Shown here: one piece after another, positions 17,474 through 25,903 of the stretch | How positions within the stretch are numbered: position 1 is the first letter of the stretch | Layout: each line of letters starts with the position of its first letter | Translations under genes and position numbers: made by a program | Notes under the pieces: model-generated | Seen by the model: the letters and a program-made list of their open reading frames with translations, nothing else | Databases searched by the model: none | Told to the model about the DNA's origin: nothing | Source: an uncultured Spirochaetota bacterium | GTDB lineage: Bacteria > Spirochaetota > Spirochaetia > SZUA-6 > Fen-1364 | Direction of reading: 5' to 3' | DNA: 64,000 nt | Assembly: GCA_963845535.1 (NCBI GenBank) | Contig: CAWJSK010000003.1 | Coordinates: 1-64,000, forward strand

Positions 17474-17647
17474 ATGAATATGACCCTGGCGAAGATACTC
17501 CTCGTCGGCGTGCCGTTCCTCCTTTCCTTGTCGTGGTTCGCATTCTGGGTCATCCGGCTCCTGAGGACCGCGCGGAAGCATAAAAGCAAGGCATCACCTC
17601 GTTCCGACCCTCCTTCTTCCGACCCTTCGTCGAGAAGCTCTCCTTGA
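17474..17647 (+). CDS. Small single-pass membrane protein
   Basis: 57 aa, hydrophobic helix then basic stretch; follows the hepT-like gene. Confidence 0.55.
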   Translation: MNMTLAKILLVGVPFLLSLSWFAFWVIRLLRTARKHKSKASPRSDPPSSDPSSRSSP

Positions 17648-17752
17648 CCCTGGGGGGGAGCCCGCCGCTGGCGCTCGTCGCTGGCGCCCGCCGCCGGAGC
17701 TCGCCGCTCGCGGCTTCCCTGACGCAATCGACGCGGGTATAATGGGGCCCTC

Positions 17753-18481
17753 GTGGTAGGTGAGGCGGTTCCCGGCGCTGGATCCCTGGCTTTTCTCACG
17801 GCGGCGCTCCCGAAGGTGCGGGAGCGCATGGAGAAGTCTGCGCGCAAGGCGGGGAGGGACCCTTCCGAGGTCCGCCTGATGGCCGTGACAAAGGGCTTCC
17901 CGAAAGAGACCGCGCAGGCGGCAATTGCCGCGGGCATAACTCTCCTGGGTGAGAATCGGGTCCAGGAAGCCGAGCTGAAGTACGGGGACATGCCGGGCGC
18001 GTATGAGCTGCACCTCATTGGACATTTGCAGCGCAACAAGGCGCGAACGGCCAGCGCGCTTTTTTCCTGCGTTCAGTCCATCGACAAGCCGGAGACCGCC
18101 GACGCCCTGGAAGCCAGGCTCGCAGAGCGGGGAAAGGCAATCGACGTGCTCCTGGAGCTGAACACGAGCGGGGAGCAGTCCAAGTCCGGCTTCCGCTCAC
18201 GGGAGGAGCTTCTTTCCTGCCTCGAGTCAGCCGCGCTCCTTCCGCACCTGAGACTGCGCGGTCTGATGACCGTGGGTCCGCTCACAGAGGACGCCGACGC
18301 GGTGCGGAGGTCCTTTGCAAAGCTTCGGGAGCTGTTCGAGGAGATCAGGGCGGGCGGGTCTATGCGGGACTTCACCATTCTCTCCATGGGGATGTCAGGC
18401 GATTTCGAGGCAGCCATCGAGGAAGGGGCCACAATCGTGAGAATCGGAACAGCGCTGTTCGGCCGCAGGGGACAGGCATGA
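17753..18481 (+). CDS. yggS: PLP homeostasis protein YggS
   Basis: LMAVTK, GENRVQE, HLIGHLQRNK, LSMGMSGD, VRIGTALFG. Confidence 0.95.
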   Translation: MVGEAVPGAGSLAFLTAALPKVRERMEKSARKAGRDPSEVRLMAVTKGFPKETAQAAIAAGITLLGENRVQEAELKYGDMPGAYELHLIGHLQRNKARTASALFSCVQSIDKPETADALEARLAERGKAIDVLLELNTSGEQSKSGFRSREELLSCLESAALLPHLRLRGLMTVGPLTEDADAVRRSFAKLRELFEEIRAGGSMRDFTILSMGMSGDFEAAIEEGATIVRIGTALFGRRGQA

Positions 18482-18867
18482 GCCGGCGTGTCCTCCTCCT
18501 TCTGGTTGCCTGCGTACTGCTTGCCGGCGCGCCCGGCGGAGCTTTCGCGCAGGACCACACGCCGCAGCCATATTCACCGGATGAGTTCCAAGGTTGGATG
18601 AAAGACCTCTGGCGGGCGGAGGTCATCCTGGTGGGATCCTTCCCCATCACCCTCTTTCTCACGCTCGAGTCATACGATATGTACCGCTATTTCAACACGG
18701 GATTCAATGCGACGTACGCGCCCTGGCCTTTCAACACGGGAAGCACGATCAACCTGACCGCGCAGGAACAGACCTGGATCATCGTGAGCGCCGTCGGCCT
18801 TTCTTTGACCGTCGCGGTTGTCGACTTCATGCTCGGCAGGTGGGATGCAACCTCAAAAAAGCCTTGA
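18478..18867 (+). CDS. Hypothetical membrane protein with signal peptide
   Basis: Signal peptide ending AFA; two hydrophobic segments; ATGA coupling to yggS. Confidence 0.7.
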   Translation: MSRRVLLLLVACVLLAGAPGGAFAQDHTPQPYSPDEFQGWMKDLWRAEVILVGSFPITLFLTLESYDMYRYFNTGFNATYAPWPFNTGSTINLTAQEQTWIIVSAVGLSLTVAVVDFMLGRWDATSKKP

Positions 18868-19780
18868 AGCGACCGTGGAAGATCCCTCGTGCGCCGGCAT
18901 GCGCGTGGACGTCTTCCTTTCGGAGCGCCTTGCCCTTTTCTCGCGCAGTCAGGCGCGGGCAAGGATCGTTTCCCTGGCGGTGAACGGGGCGCCGGCGCGC
19001 CTGGCGAAGAAGCTGAAGCTGGGGGACAGGATATCCCTTGCATGGTCCGAGGCGCCCGGCCCGGGCCTGGACCCGGAGGACATCCCGCTCTCCGTGATTT
19101 TCGAGAATGACGAGGTCATTGTGATCGACAAGCCGCAGGGCATGGTGGTCCATCCCGGAAGCGGCAACCGCGGCGGTACGCTCGTCAACGCGCTTTTGTT
19201 TTACTGCGCCAGGCTGGCAACGGAGTTCGCAGAGGATGATCCGCGCCCCGGCATTGTTCACCGGCTGGACAAAGACACATCCGGGGTGATCATCGTGGCG
19301 AAAAACCCCTCCGCTCACGATTTCCTTGCGCGCCAGTTCCAGGCCAGGACCGTCAGGAAAAGCTACCTCGCCATCGTGAAAGGCTCGCCGACCCCGCCGG
19401 CCGGTTCCCTGGAAACCCGCATTGCCCGTGACCCGAGAGACAGGAAAAAATTCGCGTGTGTCGGGACGGGTGGCAGGGTCGCGGCCACGTCGTGGAAAGT
19501 GATCCGTTCATTCGACGGCTACAGCCTTGTGGCGCTTCGACCCAGGACGGGACGCACGCACCAGCTCCGCGTTCACATGCAAAAGCTGCGCACGCCCATC
19601 CTCGGGGACCCGCTCTACGCGCGGCGCGACCCGAGGTTCCCCGACGCGACGCTCATGCTCCACGCGCGGCGGCTTTCCATAACCCTTCCCGGCGAGAATG
19701 CGCCGCGCCTGTTCGAGTCACCGCTGCCCCCGCACATGAAAGCCTTGCTTCAAAGCTTCTCTCCCAGGAAAGGGTTGTAG
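18845..19780 (+). CDS. RluA/RluD-family pseudouridine synthase with S4 domain
   Basis: KPQGMVVHP, HRLDKDTSG, TGRTHQLRVH, ILGDPLY. Confidence 0.93.
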   Translation: MQPQKSLEATVEDPSCAGMRVDVFLSERLALFSRSQARARIVSLAVNGAPARLAKKLKLGDRISLAWSEAPGPGLDPEDIPLSVIFENDEVIVIDKPQGMVVHPGSGNRGGTLVNALLFYCARLATEFAEDDPRPGIVHRLDKDTSGVIIVAKNPSAHDFLARQFQARTVRKSYLAIVKGSPTPPAGSLETRIARDPRDRKKFACVGTGGRVAATSWKVIRSFDGYSLVALRPRTGRTHQLRVHMQKLRTPILGDPLYARRDPRFPDATLMLHARRLSITLPGENAPRLFESPLPPHMKALLQSFSPRKGL

Positions 19781-20316
19781 AGCTTTTCGATCCCGATCTT
19801 CGACGGCGGGCCGTGTCCGGGGAAGATCAGCACTTCGTCCCCGAGAGGCAGCAGCTTCTTGCGCACCGTTGCGAGGAGGAGCCCGCGCGCATACCCGTCC
19901 CGCGTCGTCCCAATGGAGCCTGCGGAGAGAAGATCTCCCGTGAACAGCATGTGGTCGACGAGATAGGAAACCGAGTCGATGGAATGCCCCGGCGTCTCGA
20001 TGACCCTGACGCGGAACTCCCCAAGGGACAGCCGGTTCCCGTCTTCGACGTGCCGGGCCGGGAAATCGAGGATGCTGGGCTGGTTGGCGTAGATGCTCGC
20101 ATCGTACACCTTCAGGAGGGACCTGATGCCGTTCACGTGCGCGTTGTGGGCATGCGTCACGAGTATCCAGCGCACGAAGAGCCGGTTGCTTTCCACCGCC
20201 TGCAGGAGACCCGCGTCGAACGCTCCGGGGTCCACGAGGATGGCGTCACCGCCTTTATCAGGACCAAGAAGGTAGGTGTTGGACATGCCCGCGGAGAAAA
20301 GGGAGAAGAACTTCAC
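19750..20316 (-). CDS. MBL-fold metallo-hydrolase (glyoxalase II-like)
   Basis: THAHNAH, TPGHS, FTGD, PGHG. Confidence 0.88.
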   Translation of the reverse strand: MKFFSLFSAGMSNTYLLGPDKGGDAILVDPGAFDAGLLQAVESNRLFVRWILVTHAHNAHVNGIRSLLKVYDASIYANQPSILDFPARHVEDGNRLSLGEFRVRVIETPGHSIDSVSYLVDHMLFTGDLLSAGSIGTTRDGYARGLLLATVRKKLLPLGDEVLIFPGHGPPSKIGIEKLYNPFLGEKL

Positions 20317-20906
20317 GGCTCAACCTCGATGAACACGGCCTCGCCAGTGTTGGAGAGGTGGAAGTCGATCACGGCGCGGTGCGCTGAGTCGAAATATGCC
20401 CGGGTGAGGTTGCAGTCCCGCATGCTCACTTTTTCCAGCCAGGAGCCGACAAAGCGGGAGCCGTACAGGTCCGAGTGATCGAAGGACACGGAGACCCCGG
20501 TGATCCCGAGGAAATTGGACTGGATGATCTCGGAGCTCGTAAACGGGCAGCTTTCAATTCGAGAGCCCGCCAGAACCGTATTCAGGAAGCTCACGCCGGA
20601 GAAGTCGCATTCCCGCAGCGTGGCCCGGTCCAGGAAAGTCAGGTTGAGGCTTGCCGTTGACAGCCGCACGCGCGTGAGGGTTGCCGCCGTGAGCCGGCAG
20701 CCCGAGATCTCCATTCCGTCGAGGTCCTCATCCTCCAGCGTGATACCGGTCAGGTCGAGGTCCCGCAGGCCGTGAGCGCCTCGCGCCGCGCCCAGAATTT
20801 CTCTCACGTGCGCGCGGGCATCCGAATGGTGGACCACGCACGCATTGGATTCAGCCAATGCGGGCCTGCCGCAGCCCTTGTGGGTGCACGGGCGGGGGAC
20901 GTACAT
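20313..20906 (-). CDS. Pentapeptide-repeat protein with N-terminal Cys/His motif
   Basis: A/S-x-L/F pentapeptide periodicity; C-x4-C..CxxH. Confidence 0.8.
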   Translation of the reverse strand: MYVPRPCTHKGCGRPALAESNACVVHHSDARAHVREILGAARGAHGLRDLDLTGITLEDEDLDGMEISGCRLTAATLTRVRLSTASLNLTFLDRATLRECDFSGVSFLNTVLAGSRIESCPFTSSEIIQSNFLGITGVSVSFDHSDLYGSRFVGSWLEKVSMRDCNLTRAYFDSAHRAVIDFHLSNTGEAVFIEVEP

Positions 20907-20973
20907 CACCCGAAGGGTACAGTCATATGCCCTTGTGAGCAACCCGAGGGTGGGGATATACTGGCTTTTGCCT

Positions 20974-21300
20974 ATGGCGGAAGGAACTGCAAACGCCGGT
21001 CCGGCGTGTCATTTCTGCGGCACACCCGTTGAGAGCCCTCGCGAGGTGTACCGTTCCTCCTCGTGCCCACGCTGTGGAAAGGACCTCAAGATCTGCCTGA
21101 ACTGTCGTTTCTACAGCCCCGGCGCGCATTGGGACTGCGCTGAGACCATCGATGAACCCGTCAATGAGAAGGACAGGGCCAATTTCTGCACTTTCTTCAG
21201 CTTCCGCGCCAACCCTTTGAAAACTCCCGGCGCCGACAAGGGCGCTGAGGCGAAAGAGAAGGCGCGGCGGAAGCTCGACCAGCTTTTTGGCGATGGCTGA
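20974..21300 (+). CDS. Small Cys-rich (putative Zn-binding) hypothetical protein
   Basis: CHFC, CPRC, CLNC, NFCTFF; TATACT -10 upstream. Confidence 0.75.
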   Translation: MAEGTANAGPACHFCGTPVESPREVYRSSSCPRCGKDLKICLNCRFYSPGAHWDCAETIDEPVNEKDRANFCTFFSFRANPLKTPGADKGAEAKEKARRKLDQLFGDG

Positions 21301-22165
21301 TCTATCCAAGGACGGCGCTATTCCGCCGCGAGGGATGGCCGAAAGGCGCGGGGCGCACCGCGGGCCGGTGGCGTTCCTCGACTCGGGCATCGGGGGGCTT
21401 CCGTACCTCGCCAGCACGCGCTCCCTCCTCCCCGGAGAGCGGTACGTGTACGCCGTGGACCGCGCGAACTTTCCCTACGGCGAAAAAAGCGTCGACCAGG
21501 TGATCTCCGCAATCAGCGGCCTTACGGAGCGGATGATCGAGCGCGAGCACCCGCGCCTCGTTGTCGTTGCCTGCAACACGGCCTCCGTGGTGGCGCTTTC
21601 CCAACTGCGGGAGAAGTTCCCCCTTCCGTTCGTCGGCGTGGTGCCCGCTGTCAAGCCGGCGGCCGCGCTGTCCCGACGGCACCGGGTGGGCGTGCTTGCC
21701 ACACGCAGGACCGTGGAGGGTGAGTACCTGCGGTCCCTGATCCATGATCATGCCGCTGACTGCACCGTCGTAAGCCTTCCCGCCGCGGGGTTGGTGGAGT
21801 TCGTGGAAAGCGCAATGGAAAAATGCACTTCGGGAGAAAAGACCGCTCGCGTGCGCGCCGAGGTCGAGCGTTTCCGCGACGCGGGAATCGACGCCCTGGT
21901 GCTCGGCTGCACGCATTTTCTCCATCTGGAGCAGGAGTTTCGCCACCTGCTCGAGGACGAGAGGATAACGCTGGTGGATTCGCGCGAAGGGGTCGCGCGC
22001 CAGGTGCAACGCCTCCTGAGGGAGCGCGCGCGCAGGAAGCCGGACTCCGGGACGGAGGGGTCCGGCGAGCCTGATGCGCTGTACGTGACCGGCTCGGCCG
22101 CCATCGAAGAGCGCTACCGCTATTTCGCCCGAACGTTCGGCCTGCGCCTGGCGGGCTCGATCTGA
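21293..22165 (+). CDS. murI: Glutamate racemase
   Basis: DSGIGG, FPYGEK, VACNTAS, LGCTHF. Confidence 0.95.
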   Translation: MADLSKDGAIPPRGMAERRGAHRGPVAFLDSGIGGLPYLASTRSLLPGERYVYAVDRANFPYGEKSVDQVISAISGLTERMIEREHPRLVVVACNTASVVALSQLREKFPLPFVGVVPAVKPAAALSRRHRVGVLATRRTVEGEYLRSLIHDHAADCTVVSLPAAGLVEFVESAMEKCTSGEKTARVRAEVERFRDAGIDALVLGCTHFLHLEQEFRHLLEDERITLVDSREGVARQVQRLLRERARRKPDSGTEGSGEPDALYVTGSAAIEERYRYFARTFGLRLAGSI

Positions 22166-23205
22166 TGGTGGCGCCGGAGACCGTAAGCGCGGAAGTCCTG
22201 TACGGCATCAACACGATCTACACGGTCCGCGCGGGGAGCGCCGTGCTGCAGTGCCGGATCAAAGGGAAAGTCCTTGCCGGGACGTGGTCCGTCAAGACGC
22301 GGCGGGAGAGGCTGAACGCGGTCCCCCTTCCCGAAGAGATGGAGGGCGCCCCGCGGCAGGCGCGCAGGCGGGGAACGCAACGACGGGAGAGCTACAACCC
22401 GATTGCCCCGGGAGACATGGTCACCGTGATCCCTGATTCCCTGAACGCGAAAGAAGGCCTGATTGTCGAGGTGCTGGAGAGAAGGACGAGCCTCGTGCGC
22501 TGGAACAAGAAGGGGCGAGCCCCGCAGGTGCTTGCCGCAAACGCGGACCTCGCCGTCTGCGTATCGAGCGCTTCCTCGCCTCCTTTTCGGCCGCGGTTCA
22601 TCGACCGGCTGATCGTTGCCGCGGAGGCCGGGAAAATCGAGCCAATGATCGTCGTCAACAAGACGGACTTGCCGGCGGAGCCTGAGATGCTCGACCGGCT
22701 GGAACACTACAAGCGCATGGGCTACCGGGTGCACTCCTGCTCCGCGAAATCAGGCCAGGGGGTTGCAGAGCTTGCCGGCCTGCTCGAGGGCTCGACCGCC
22801 GTGTTTGTGGGACAATCCGGAGTTGGCAAATCCTCCCTTCTCAACGCAATAAGCCCGCGGCTCAAGCTCAGGGTGGGGGAGCTCTCGCTGAAGCATGACC
22901 GCGGCAGCCATACCACGAACTTCTCTTCGCTGCTCCTGCTCGGTGACGGCTTGCGGATCATCGATACTCCGGGAGTGAGGGAGCTCGAGCTTGCCGAGAT
23001 ACTCCCGGAGGAGGTGGGTTTTCATTTCCGCGATTTCCTCCCGCATTCGGAAGGCTGTGAGTTTCAGCCCTGCCTGCACACCGGCGAGCCCGGGTGCGCC
23101 GTGGCTTCCGCGGTGGAACGAGGGGAAATCCATCCCGACCGCTACGAAAGCTATCTCAGGATCGTTCGGGAGCTTTCGGACTCAGGGAGGCAAGGCCGTG
23201 GATAA
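22165..23205 (+). CDS. rsgA: Ribosome small subunit-dependent GTPase A
   Basis: NKTD, GQSGVGKSS, HTT, DTPG, C-terminal C..CxH..C. Confidence 0.95.
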   Translation: MVAPETVSAEVLYGINTIYTVRAGSAVLQCRIKGKVLAGTWSVKTRRERLNAVPLPEEMEGAPRQARRRGTQRRESYNPIAPGDMVTVIPDSLNAKEGLIVEVLERRTSLVRWNKKGRAPQVLAANADLAVCVSSASSPPFRPRFIDRLIVAAEAGKIEPMIVVNKTDLPAEPEMLDRLEHYKRMGYRVHSCSAKSGQGVAELAGLLEGSTAVFVGQSGVGKSSLLNAISPRLKLRVGELSLKHDRGSHTTNFSSLLLLGDGLRIIDTPGVRELELAEILPEEVGFHFRDFLPHSEGCEFQPCLHTGEPGCAVASAVERGEIHPDRYESYLRIVRELSDSGRQGRG

Positions 23206-25531
23206 GCACGCCCTCTCCCTCCTGGAGTTCCCGAAAGTGGTCGAGGAGCTGGTGGACCTGTGCATGAGCCCCGACGGCGCCAGGCTCATGAGCCGCCAGG
23301 ACGTCCTCACCTCCGCGCCGGAGGTGGCCGAAAGGCTCATGCTCGCCGGGTCCTTTCGGGAAATGCTTGAAAGCGGCGCAGAGCCGCCGGGACTCGATTT
23401 CCCGGACATCGCGGAGGTCGTGCCGAGGCTCGGCAAGGAAGGTCTTCAGCTTGAGGGCGAAGAGCTTGCGGCAATCGGCCGCTGCGTCCTCTCCGCTTTG
23501 AAGCTCAGGCGGCACATCCTGAAGGCGGCGCCGTCAGGCGCGCTTTCTCCGATTGCCGCCGGCGTTCCCGACCTCTCGAGCCTTTCCCGCTCGATATTCC
23601 ACATGCTGGACCACGAGGGGGTGCTGCGCGAGCGGCAGATTCCCGCCTTGTCCGCAATCCGCGAACGCATCAGGCGCACGCGTGATGAAGCCGACCGGGC
23701 GGTGCGCACCATCCTGGAGGATCCGTCCAACCGGTCGTTCTGGCAGACAACCACGCCGACCCAGCGGGACGGCCGCGTCGTGCTTCCGCTCAAGACCCAG
23801 TACAAGGGCCGGGTGAAAGGCATTGTGCACGAGATGTCCTCCAGCGGCTCCACGGTATTCGTGGAGCCGCTGGAGGTTGTGGAAAAGAACAACGCCATCG
23901 TGCAGGAGGAGAACCTCTACCGGATGGAGGTGCGGCGGATCCTCCGTGAGCTGACCGCCGAGGCCTCGCGACACGGCGGGGCGCTCGCCGTGATGATGGA
24001 CACTGTGGCCGTCCTGGACGTTTTCCTTGCCCGCGCCCGCTACGCCGTGCGTCATTCCTGTCGGCGGGCGGAGCCATCGGATGCCGGGCTGTCCCTGCGG
24101 GAAGCGAGGCATCCGCTCCTGGGAAGCGCCGTGATCCCCGTGTCGGTTGAGGCGGGCGGGGACTCGCGGGTCCTGATCATCACGGGCCCGAACACGGGAG
24201 GGAAGACGGTCACCCTGAAAACGGTGGGGCTCCTGGCTCTCATGAACCAGTTCGGCATGGAAATCCCCGCGGCGGAAGGATCCGCCCTTCCTGTGTTCGA
24301 CGGCATCTACGCCGACATCGGGGATGAGCAGTCGATCACGCAATCCTTGTCAACGTTCTCGGGGCACGTGAAGAACATCGCGGGCATCGTTCGCGCCGTC
24401 AGCCAGGGGTCGCTTGTCCTGCTGGACGAGCTGGGCGCGGGGACGGACCCCGAGGAGGGAGTGGCGCTTGCCATGGCGCTGCTGGACGCGTTCCTGCGCG
24501 CCGGCTGCATCGTCATTACCACGACTCACCACGGGATCCTCAAGAACTACGGCGCCACTCGGAAAGGCGCGCAGAATGCATCCATGGGCTTCGACTCCGC
24601 GAGCTTTGCTCCGACGTTCCGCATCCTCATGGGCGTGCCCGGGGAAAGTCACGCCCTGGAGATTGCGCGCCGCAGCGGCATGCCGGGAGAAGTCCTCACG
24701 GATGCGCGGGCGTATCTCAGCGACGAGCGCACGGACATTTCGCGCCTGGTTTCCAGCCTGGCGGAGCGCCACCAGAAGCTCTCCCTCGCGGAAGAACAGC
24801 AGAAGACCCGGGAGCACGACCTTCGGGAGAAGCGACGGACCACGGACCTGAAAGAGCTGTCCCTGCGGCAAAAGGAGCTGGAGCTCCGGCGCCACGGCCT
24901 CAAGGAAATGCGCGACTTCCTTTCCCAGGCCCGCAAGGACTGGATGACACTTCGGGAGAGCATGTCCGCCGGCGAATCGACGGAAGCGGGAAGGCTTTTC
25001 GAAGGGATCCAGCAACGGATCGAACAGGAAGAGAACAGGATTGCCGAGGAGAGCGAATCCCTTGTACCCGAGGAGTCCTTCCAGATCAGCGAAGGCATGG
25101 AGGTGATCATTCGCCGCTCGGGACGAAGAGGAAGGGTGGTCCGCAGGGACAAAGGCAGGCGCTGGATCGTGGAGACGGAGACGCTCCGCCTTTCGCTTCT
25201 CCCCGGCGAGGTGGGGCCGGCTCCGGCGGCGATAGCTGCGCCGGCGCTCACGGTGAGCTTCACGCCCTCCGAACCCATGGACCCTCCGGTCCTGGAGCTG
25301 CATATCCGCGGGATGAGGCTGGAGGAAGCCATGCGCCTGGTGGAGAAGCAGGTGGACAGCGCGCTGGTCCATGGGCTTCGGCAGTTCGCGATCATCCATG
25401 GAAAAGGAGAGGGGATCCTCCGCAGGGCCATCCATGACTATCTTCGCGGCCTTTCCTCCGTTTCCGATTTCCGGTTCTCTGCCCCGGAGGAAGGCGGCTA
25501 CGGCAAGACGATCGTGACGATGAAGTCTTGA
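23198..25531 (+). CDS. mutS2: MutS2 family protein with Smr domain
   Basis: ITGPNTGGKT, QSLSTFSGH, LLDELGAGTDP, IIHGKGEG. Confidence 0.95.
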   Translation: MDKHALSLLEFPKVVEELVDLCMSPDGARLMSRQDVLTSAPEVAERLMLAGSFREMLESGAEPPGLDFPDIAEVVPRLGKEGLQLEGEELAAIGRCVLSALKLRRHILKAAPSGALSPIAAGVPDLSSLSRSIFHMLDHEGVLRERQIPALSAIRERIRRTRDEADRAVRTILEDPSNRSFWQTTTPTQRDGRVVLPLKTQYKGRVKGIVHEMSSSGSTVFVEPLEVVEKNNAIVQEENLYRMEVRRILRELTAEASRHGGALAVMMDTVAVLDVFLARARYAVRHSCRRAEPSDAGLSLREARHPLLGSAVIPVSVEAGGDSRVLIITGPNTGGKTVTLKTVGLLALMNQFGMEIPAAEGSALPVFDGIYADIGDEQSITQSLSTFSGHVKNIAGIVRAVSQGSLVLLDELGAGTDPEEGVALAMALLDAFLRAGCIVITTTHHGILKNYGATRKGAQNASMGFDSASFAPTFRILMGVPGESHALEIARRSGMPGEVLTDARAYLSDERTDISRLVSSLAERHQKLSLAEEQQKTREHDLREKRRTTDLKELSLRQKELELRRHGLKEMRDFLSQARKDWMTLRESMSAGESTEAGRLFEGIQQRIEQEENRIAEESESLVPEESFQISEGMEVIIRRSGRRGRVVRRDKGRRWIVETETLRLSLLPGEVGPAPAAIAAPALTVSFTPSEPMDPPVLELHIRGMRLEEAMRLVEKQVDSALVHGLRQFAIIHGKGEGILRRAIHDYLRGLSSVSDFRFSAPEEGGYGKTIVTMKS

Positions 25532-25636
25532 CCTGAGCCGGCTGCGCCGCTCGGGGCTGCATGCGCGCGGGCGTGCGCGCACGCGGACGGACGCGGCTCC
25601 TTGCCATGCATACCATGCCGCGTTAGTATGGCGCCG

Positions 25637-25903
25637 ATGGAAAACGGGAGCCTCATGCTCGCATTCGGCGAATGGGAGGTAATCGCCGCCTGCGTCTTCT
25701 TCATGCTTCTTCTCCCGCTCATTTTCTTCATTGCGTCCGCCCGGCGAAGGCCGCGCCCACCGGCGCCGGTGAGAAAAAAGCGCGCACCGCGAGCCGCCTC
25801 CGTAACAGCAGCCTCCGCGGCAACCGCCTCCGCGGCAGCCAACGCCGCGCCCTCTGCGGCGAATGAGACCGCTTCCGACGAAGGCCGGGATTCCCGAGAA
25901 TGA
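25637..25903 (+). CDS. Small membrane-anchored hypothetical protein
   Basis: One TM helix plus basic/Ala-rich tail; TTGCCA-17-TAGTAT promoter; ATGA overlap with uvrA. Confidence 0.55.
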   Translation: MENGSLMLAFGEWEVIAACVFFMLLLPLIFFIASARRRPRPPAPVRKKRAPRAASVTAASAATASAAANAAPSAANETASDEGRDSRE

